From: Yuukianura sp. NJ FZ-2021
Taxonomy: Eukaryota
Assembly: GCA_046563655.1 (NCBI GenBank)
Contig: CM102286.1
Location: 11,718,001-11,782,000, forward strand
Direction: 5' to 3'
Length of the DNA stretch: 64,000 nucleotides
Shown here: piece by piece, positions 10,201 through 19,200 of the stretch
Layout: each line of letters opens with the position of its first letter
How positions within the stretch are numbered: position 1 is the first letter of the stretch
Program-made: the position numbers and the translations under genes
The notes under the pieces: generated by a model
Database searches by the model: none
The model's input: only the letters and a program-made list of their open reading frames with translations
Told to the model about the DNA's origin: nothing

Positions 10201-13200
10201 GACAAATGCCTACCACAGTACAATGCACCCAAAACTTCTTTTAGTTGGCATTTTGGAACTAGAAGTTTACGAAGGGAAAAAAGTTGAAAAGTCACCATTC
10301 AACTTTAAACCCCACGGTGTTAGCCGTCTGTTGCTAAAATTTGAGCAAAAGCCCTTGGTCTATCAAGAAATGATTTTCAAAGACAAAAATTACATGCTTG
10401 CCTATCACAATTTGTGCAAGTTGGTTTCTCGTCAGACTGAAGGAAATGACATTTCCTACGACAAGTTTGTAAACGGAAATGCAATCTTTGCATTTGACGT
10501 CCAGGATTTGTGGACTGACGGGTACAATGCGACCAGATCTGGACAATACGGATTGGAAATTGATTTTGAAACCCCGACGACAAAGGATTTGGTGGTTCTC
10601 ATCATCGGAATCGAAGACGAAACTTTACAAATTGATGGAAATAGAATTACTGGACTTGCATCCAGCAAAAAAATATTCTTTTAAAAATAACTTTATTGTT
10701 AATCTTCATTAGCCCTGTCTCAAGTCTTTTTTGTTGTAAACTTTTCAAAATTTGAAAAATAAACTAATCTCCTCACTGAAAAAAAAATATGGTGTCTTTT
10801 ATAAATAAAAGTAGAAAAAAATATAAAAAAACAGAAATTAAAAAAAAGGACAAAAAAGAAACCAAAAACTGCATTTATGTTTTTTGGTTTTCCATCAAGT
10901 TGTTGGTGTTGGCACAAATTGCCGATTATATTTTATACGGTTATTCAAAGTCAGGTTCATGCCGTACGTTTTTCTGATAAGACGTTTCCGTAATTTAGTT
11001 CAACATAGTTGTGTAAGCGTAAGCTTGCGGGCATACCAGTGACAAACGCCAAGCCTGCGTATATATTGTTCCGTAAACGCTTGAGCTACATAAAAATTAT
11101 TTGGAGGCAGAGTGAATCGAACTCACGGCCCCTACCTAAGATGTTATCGAAATGGACGCTCTGACCAGTCCGCCCGGGCGACTTGTCTGAGTTTAAGCAG
11201 GAAATGACAACACTATGGCTTGAGGGCGGGCCCAATGTGTGACAAGTTTTGTCGACCAATCAAATGTCTCCATTTTCTGAGGCCACGCCCCTTTTTGAAA
11301 TGGTAAACGCACATTGGCCAGTTGGCAACACCCCCGAGTGTAGCGGCAAGTCTCGACCAATCAAATGTCTCCATTTCCTCGAGCCACGCCCACTTTTGAA
11401 ATGCTCAACGTTGATTGGGCAAAGAGTCGGGCGGCTAGCCACACCCTTGAGCGTAGTGGCAAGTATATTGTGACGCGTTTAGCACTGACGCGTCACTCGG
11501 TTTGACCTTTGACCTTGATGTTGTTTTGCAAACCAAGTGAAAATTCAAATGGATTTGTACGTGCATGTGCACGGCAAGTTGGCCGGAAGTGCTTTGCGGT
11601 TTCTTTTGGCAGGCTAGCCGGAAGTGGTTTGCGGTTTCTTTTAGCCGCGGCCGAGTGGCACCCAACTATTCCTCTCACCAGCCCAAAATACTGCCCATGC
11701 ACCATACTTGGTCTTCTTGGTCCCGGGAACCCAGAAAAGGGCTCCCGGGACATTTCAATTTCAAAATGCTTGCTTGACCTTGAAAAAAATTGAAATGACC
11801 TTAAGAATTTACATGAAATTGCAAATGGGCGCGCATGACCTGACGCAAATTAATATGCCAATGCAAAGGGCGCGCATGACCTTGAAAAAAAATTGGAATG
11901 ACCTTGAAAAAATTGGCGTGACCTTGACATTTCAAGTTGGGGTAATCTGGGGAAATTTACCTTCACTTTTGATTTCAATTTCCAAGTTTCAAAACATTTT
12001 CCAAATTTCAAATTTCAGGAATTTTTTTTTCTCAAAAAATGAGTTTTTTCAAAAATTGATTTTTTTCAAAAATTGTTTTTTTTTAAAAATATTTTTCTAA
12101 ATAAATTTCAATTTTGTGGTTTGGGGGAGGGGGGGCACGTGACTTGGGGGTCACGTGGGGGGGGGAGGATATAGGGGGAGGGATATATAGTGGGGGTATG
12201 GGGGGTGCGGAAGTGGGGGGGGGGGGGTTGATGACGTCATGCGCAAAAAACGTTTTTGCGCATGAGCAAAAAACGTCTTATGCAGATGCAATTGCTGATA
12301 AGGACGGCGGCCATTTTGAAAAAAGTGCCATTCCCTTACCACTCAGTATAGCTGTTATATAGAAGTAAGGGGAGTTAGATTTCTTTGTGTTACCTGGCGA
12401 TTTTGGAATTGTCGATTTTAGGATTGTCGATTATAGCATTGTCGATTTTTGAAATTGTCGATTTTTGGAATTGTCGATTTTAGAATTGTCGGTTTAGGGA
12501 TTGTCGATTTTAGAAATTGTCGATTTTTGAAATTGTCGATTTTAGGATTGTCGATTAAAGCATTGTCGATTTTTGAAATTGTCGATTTTTGATTGTCGAT
12601 TATTGGATTGTCGATTATTGGATTGTCGGTTATGACCTGCTACGGAAAGCGATGCGGGAAATCAAGTGTTTACGATTAAGTCATCACAAAAGTGAGACGC
12701 AGTTTAGTGACATGCTACTGAACTCTAGCATGGAATTCAATATTTACATTTTATGCAAATACGACCATGAGCAGACCATAAATGACATGAATCGGTTTAT
12801 TTCCTTTTAAGCCATTTTCACATTATCGTGTAATGTCAGTACATGTAGAATTACTGGCAGAATTGTCATTCCGAAAGTTAATTCACTTTTGTGCTTGGTT
12901 TTCTAAAACAAAACTACACGCATGCTGTGATTGCATGAAATTCTGACGCAGCGTTTCACTTTATAGTGATTGCAAACGGTTTAGAACGCAGTAGTAATTT
13001 CAAGAGAAGTTAGTTTTTTTACACTTACATGTTGTTGTTGTTTCCCAATTTGGACAGTGGAACCCAGGCGGTATGATCCTTAGTGTGCATGAGGAACTTA
13101 AAAGTTCCATCATTCATATTGTTCATGTGGACAAGTGCTTCCAAGTGGCACTGCGCATCCGCAGCAGAGAACCAAGGACTTTTCAGATGATATACAGCCG

Positions 13201-16200
13201 ACTTGTTCACTGCCTCGGTGAAAGCCAGGAGCAGAAAGTGGCCTGAAATCACAGAAAAACGGTAGTGGTGTAAGTGTGAAAATTTTAAAAAGTAAAGTGG
13301 GAACGATGTCGCGCCGCATTTTGAAAGGAGCGAAAGTCAATGGTTGGTAATTGGACGTGGTGGTGGTGTGTGCTTGTGGCTTTTTCCCTTGTCGGAACCC
13401 TTGGCTTGAAATGATTTATGCCACAATTTCAATTTGAAAGCACTTCCCGCTCAGTCTTCCACTAGCAACGGTAGCGGTGAATGAGCATCCGCCACTTCAG
13501 AATAGTGTTGGATTTTGTTTGGGTAGGTGCAAATCTTGAGTTCAAAAGGCCCTTCTCCTACGGAGGATCGTGGGGGTTCCATTGAGAGAACTAAATCTTA
13601 AGAACTAAAGTGTGGCAGCGTTGGAATTGGTTGGCTTTTGGAGAAAGTAGTACAGAGAAGCCTGATACATGTTCTAATTTAGGCTTTCAGCCTAAGCCAT
13701 ACGCAGCACAAAAATTTCTTCCCCCGTCCAAACGCGTCACAACAACTTTCCAAAATTGTTATTCGTTGAAACTGTTCGCTACCTCACAGTCTCTCGTGGG
13801 ATGCTCAAAGCCTATTGCAAAAATTTAATAAAAGCTCCCAAAAAAATTAAATTAAAAAAAAATTCAAGCACTGAATAAAATAACTCTGCTCTCAATGTTT
13901 ACTTTATAATATCATAAAACATTCGGCCAAACTCGGTTTTTGTTGTTGGCTTTCCTTAACTTATTGTTAGCTTCGGGTCGATGTAATAGAAATTATAAAA
14001 TCTTTCAAATTTTTTCTAATGTAGTAGTTTCCATCGAAAAATTCGTCAAACTAAATACTTTCACTGGAGTCAAAGTGTTTGAGCCAAGAGTGTGTGCTCA
14101 TAATATTCACAGCTTTCTTTTTGAAAATATTGTACTTTCGGGTGTGATTTTTGAAAAATCAGCATCAAAAAAATATGAAAAAAAGTACAGTACGAAGATT
14201 GTTGTCTGTCTTTATGCACTCACTGCCTGGGAATGTCAATAAAATCCAAAAGATGTAAAAGCCATGTCTATGCAGCCGAAGAAGTGACTTTCTATGTTGA
14301 ATTCCGCTGCAGCATTTCATCTTACTGTGTAAGTCCTATGCTTTCTTCACTTTTTTTCTTATACAATATACCTAACGGATGAAATGAAACGAAAACTTTG
14401 TAGTATTTGGCTCAAGAGATTTCAAACTGGTTTTTCTCACTGCTTTCACCATTTTATAAAAATGACGGTCTGAACTGAATTCGAAGACGTAGAGAAGTAG
14501 GGGGCCGTTAGCCCTCTAAGGCCCAGGGAGGAAGGAGGAATACTTTCCCATGATATCGATCCTTGATTCCAGCAGTAGGAGGATATCCTAGGTTTCCTAA
14601 CTTTATGTTAGGCCGCTTTACTTACGTTAGGCACCCTAACTTTCTCCACTTTCTCTGGAGGACTCGCTCCAGCAGCTTCCTGGATCTTTGGCCCTGCTTC
14701 TGGAGTCTGAGTTTCTACTTAGCGGACTTGTGTGGGCTTATTAGACGTTTTAGCCCGTGCCTGTCAGACGGGATTGTTACAGCTACACCAAAGTTTTTTG
14801 ACATTCTACTCCTTTGGACGTAAAAGAATAAAATGGTTCGCTGCTTTCTTCATCATGTTATGGCACAGCGTCACATTTTGTTATGATCTAGTCGGAAAGT
14901 AGGCACTTGAGAAAGATAGATTTTCGTTTCATATAGACACTTCAGTTGTTGTCTAATGCTTTAACACGCACTTGAACTTCTGTTGTTGTCGAGTGCTTAA
15001 GGCCTCATTTAAAAAATATCATCCAGAAGACACTTATTCTAAAGAGCAAAAATGAACTGCCAAGCATTCTAACATTATTGACATCCTTACTTTTATCCTT
15101 TGTAGACAAAACTTGCAATTAATCAACCGAAACATAGAACTAACAAGCTCTCTGTAACAATGTGTAGGTGTTTCAGTACTAATGAAGATTTTTGAAATGA
15201 AGGAAAGTAGTGTTACACAGAGCCCAGGTAAACAACAAAAAGGCCCCAAATAACCATCCAGTTAACGAACTGTTTGATTAAATGACGCTTAATTAGCTTT
15301 TCTCTTTTTTTTGGAGATCGAAAAGGCTAGCTAGTGCTTTTTTGTTTGAAACAGCAGAAACAACAAAAACCTCATTTAAAAAAACCCGAAAACTTTTTTT
15401 TAAAATATAAATTTGCATTGTACAACCTTGAAAATTCATTTGACTTAGTATATGCCTCAATGGTTATGACAATGACCTTAAATTCAGGCAATAACCTTGT
15501 CACCTCAAATTTCACAGTGGAGTGGCTCCCGAGTAGGGGTGTAAATCCAGCATTGCTTTTTAGAAATCCGGATTTTGGATTTTGATTCAAAAATTCGGAT
15601 CAAAAACCGGATTTGAGAATACATAAGATTTACCATAAAAAACTATTTAGTTTTTTCAAAATTATGAACAACGTTGGTTTTAAACTCCAAGAACAAAAAA
15701 AAAAAGAAACAACTGGTTTCAAAAATGTACCTTTTTAATTGACTTGAATTAAGGTAATACTTTTTACTTATACTTAATTTTTCGATTTTCGACATTAATT
15801 TTCCAATTCTCCATACCACAAAATGGAACAAAAAAAAATACGACAAATCCGGATTTCGTGTTTTTGAAATCCGGCTTTGGAAGAATCCGAATCCATCAAA
15901 ATCCGGATTTGTATTCGGAACAAAAATGTGGATTTATACCCTTACTGCTGAGTGAGAAGTCCAGATGAAGCAGTTGGACAGAGTGACAGTTTAGTTACTG
16001 CGGGCGAAGTTTTGGAAGGAACATTAATAAACGTAATACGATATGTATTAGAATACATAACGTTATAAAACAGCTTACGTGGACTTAATTTCGAGTCGTT
16101 TTTCAGAAAGTTTGTGAGACAATTTACTAGAAAGTAAACTGTTAGTTAAACTTGTAAGACTTACTAAAACCTAGCGTCATTTTATTATACGTCGTAAGTC

Positions 16201-19200
16201 CTAATCCGATTTCTCTAAAATTTCAATATAAACTCTCCCTAATAGCTTGCGGTTACATAGCACTTAATTCTTTTGTCGGAATGAAACCGTTTTGCAATTA
16301 ACCTTGGTGTGTGCATCTTCAAAACTTTTTTAAATCCTTTAAAGTAGTTGAAGTTTTGCATCAAATGAAACGGAACATGAAATAGGACGAGACTCAAAAA
16401 GTTTAAAAGTTGTAGTTAGGAAAACTAAAAACGAGATCTCTGTTAGTTTCGTGAAATACTTTTTCTTTTCAAGTTTGGATTTTTTCGGCGTTGGAAAAAT
16501 TGTTTTCCAAAGTATTCTCATTAAAAGTCAAAACTTAGTAAAGTGTAGAGTAAGCTGCTTGTAAAGTTTTAGAAGAAAGGTCAAAGATTTTGGAAAGTTT
16601 TACCGTCATTGTGGTCCTTTGCGCCAACCATGCTTTTGGAAAAGGGGGTTAAAATTGTGACAACAGAAGCATTTTATTACGTTTTTTCTTTGGACTGACT
16701 TCTTCTGCAAAATAGTGAAATGTAAATTATGTAATTTATACGTTTACACTATTTTATTTCAACAGCAATTAGATCGACTAAGTTATGAACCAAATTCAAA
16801 TTCAAAACCTAGCACTACCAAAAACGAGAAAAAGCTTCTAGCTTTCTCTCAAAAGGAAATCTTCTTCATTACACTTTTCATTTTTCATTTTTTTTTTCAT
16901 TTTTGATTTTTTTAGAACAATAATTTACAAAAAATTATAATTCATTGAAATAAATTTAATTTATTAGTAACAAGCAACAATTCAATTTATAAAAACAAAA
17001 TGCTGAATTCATCTACCTGTGAACTTTATTCGACCATTGAATTATGTTTACATTGAAGAGGCGTTATACGGAGAAAGTTTTTGAGAATTTCTTCCATAAG
17101 GTCGGTGCGCATTCTGCGCAGAAAATTTTACCGGAGGAAATCCTTAGATTGAATTTTAGTTTAATCAAGACAACACGGCTTAAGTCTGTTTAGAAGCAGA
17201 AACTTTGCAGTGTTAAATTAAATATTGAAATTACCTACACTCTATTAATCAGAATCTCGATGTTGTCTGGTCCCGTTTCATAGAGAAGATGTTTTAGCTT
17301 AAGTGTCCTCAGCACGGGTAGTGGAGCTTGCTTTGATTGAATCTACTAGTGCTAGCACCTTACGTCTCGTGGGTTCTGATTCTGAAGTTAATTGTTCCCA
17401 ACTAATCCATTAGCTTCTTCGTTTAGTTTTACTTGCCTCGAGAAGTGTTTTCACTTTTCATTTACAGCTACAACTTCCTACCCACTTCCCTAAATTGGAT
17501 ATTATTCCCCACTGCCAAAAATAAATCCCACCAGAATCTTGTTCTAGAAAATCTAGTAAGCGTAAATAGTAGTCCTACGAACATTTTTTTTTGAACATTT
17601 TTTTTCAACACTGAAATGAACACAATTGGAACCACTCCAAAAAAAAACTGTCTTCAGCCTTAGCCATTTTCAAAAAAAAATATTTAAATCAACGAATAAA
17701 AAATAGAATTCTATTTTGGTAGTGTAAAATGTTCAAAATGATTTTCTTGATTCCCAAAACTTAGAATTTTTACAAAAATATTTTCATTGCAAATTTGCCA
17801 AAACGGTAAGATTGACAGAAGTATTAGATTAGAAAAAAATTGTAAAAATCTTTCAAAGTTTGATAATGCGATACTAAGATTCCTTTTAAGCCGTATGTAA
17901 TGTGTACCTCTACATAGAAAATTCTAAATTCTGACAAATTCAAATCTGTCTAAACTTTTCCAAAGTACGTTCTTCAACATCAACTTTTTGTCGTTGTGGT
18001 AAAAGGTCGGGCGGGGAGGGATATTAGAGCTTCACAGACAGAAAAAAAAAGTTTGTTCGTAGTTTTGAAAGCTCGAAGCCAAAAGGCGCCTTTTATTGCA
18101 ATTTTACTGGGAAAAGGGAAGAGGCAACGCGCACTTTCGAAACCGTCATATAAAAATGTCGTAGTTATTACTCCGAACAGTACGAAGGACAATGGGAAGC
18201 CAAGGACAAAAGTTCCAATTTCTCATCTACATTTTAATACAACGCTCGCTCGTGTCAACTTGACATCGAAGATTCTGACATCAAATGCATTTTCATCCAA
18301 TTTCAATTTACCGGAAAAATTATTTAATGTTTTTCTTCAAAATTTAATTTTGCCAAGCCATACATTACCAGAAGTCTAAAAGTTTCAAAAACACAAATTA
18401 AGCTATAAAATTAAATTTTCAAAATTTGTAAATTCTGGAAAATTTATAAAAATGGGCGCAATATGGACACAAATTAGACTGACTGCTCCTCATTCTTCCT
18501 TGCTTCCTCTCTTTTTCCTTTGCCTAGGTTTTAAGTAGAAAGTAGGTCTTCGACTTCATGCTTGAGACTTTCTGGAAGTGAAAGTGCTTAAGTGATGTGA
18601 ATAATAAAATAGGAGGATGAAAGGACACAAAGCCTAAGGTAAGAAGAAAGACGCCATGCAGTTGCTAAGGAGGTTGATGGAACGGAATTAATGCTCCTCC
18701 TTAACATTTCATTTTCATCAGTAAGCTTGTTGCTAAAATAGAAAATAGCTTTAACAGCGTATCTTGTGCCTTCCATCATCTTATTTCCTTTCACGTGACA
18801 TTCCTAATCACCAGACATGTTTTTGCACAAATTTTAGTCCCCAAGTAAAATGCAAATTTCATATAAAAAATAAAATTTGTTTTACAATATCCAGCACTTC
18901 TTTCTAACTATAGGTTAGCCAATGTTGTTTAAATCGAAATTTTGTTTGCTTTCTTAACAGGTTATACCATAATTTTGTTTTTTAAATTTTTTGAAACGCA
19001 CATCTGACGCGGCTCTGTTGCGTTACCAATTCGAAATCAAAACTAAGGCTCAGCAACGTGAAAATTAAAAAAATTTCAAAGATTATTGTGAAAATAAACA
19101 ATATTGGTCCAAAAGTTGTTTTTTTTCGTGTTTTTTTTTAAAGCAAGATTGGAGTTATGGCATAACCTGTTAGCACAATTGTATAAATGGGCGCTATAGC

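Larger units (their letters stand above)
6096..12353 (+). mobile_element. Non-autonomous, capsid-only Polinton/Maverick (adintovirus-like) element, 6,258 bp
   Basis: Ends AGCTATACTGAGTGG...CCACTCAGTATAGCT (5'-AG...CT-3'). Identical 6-bp flanks GTTATA at 6090-6095 and 12354-12359. ~1.2-kb TIRs. Internal ORFs carry Polinton penton and major capsid motifs. Confidence 0.93.

Noticed and set aside
6096..12353. Interpretation as an autonomous Polinton, LTR retroelement or inverted segmental duplication
   Set aside because: There is no pPolB, integrase, ATPase or protease ORF and no space for them. The repeats are inverted, not direct, and are bounded by a clean 6-bp TSD.
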